Shown: positions 63,986-64,000 of the stretch, one piece after another
How positions within the stretch are numbered: the first letter of the stretch is position 1
Layout of the letters: each line of letters opens with the position of its first letter
Assembly: GCF_009914755.1 (NCBI RefSeq)
Contig: NC_060930.1
Length of the DNA: 64,000 nucleotides
From: the human T2T-CHM13v2.0 reference genome, Homo sapiens
Strand: one strand, 5' to 3'
Position numbers and translations under genes: made by a program
Notes under the pieces: generated by a model
Told to the model about the DNA's origin: nothing
Database searches by the model: none
What the model saw: the letters and a program-made list of their open reading frames with translations, nothing else

Positions 63986-64000
63986 TTTTAAATTCTCTGA

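Overview
Primate (very likely human) genomic DNA, AT-rich and dominated by transposable elements. I find no protein-coding host gene, RNA gene or CRISPR array. The long ORFs in the track come from L1 ORF1/ORF2, THE1-int, Alu or simple-repeat sequence. Main contents: a complete THE1D-type MaLR provirus inside an L2; a stack of mostly minus-strand L1s; a full-length L1PA3/4-type element (32619-38755, 16-bp TSD) nested in an L1PA7-type element, which is itself inside an old L1M; four Alus with TSDs; several solo LTRs; an ERVL pol remnant; MER33, MER5A and MER44B DNA transposons; and microsatellites. I see no convincing novel biological system. The best second-look items are two short L1 ORF2 patches templated into other L1s without polyA or TSD, a degenerate 78-bp palindrome with CTCF-like arms in unique DNA, an L1 ORF0/antisense-promoter cassette, a ~112-bp monomer array in an old L1 5'UTR, and a few candidate non-coding exons. 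Subfamily names are from remembered consensus sequences and need RepeatMasker/Dfam confirmation.
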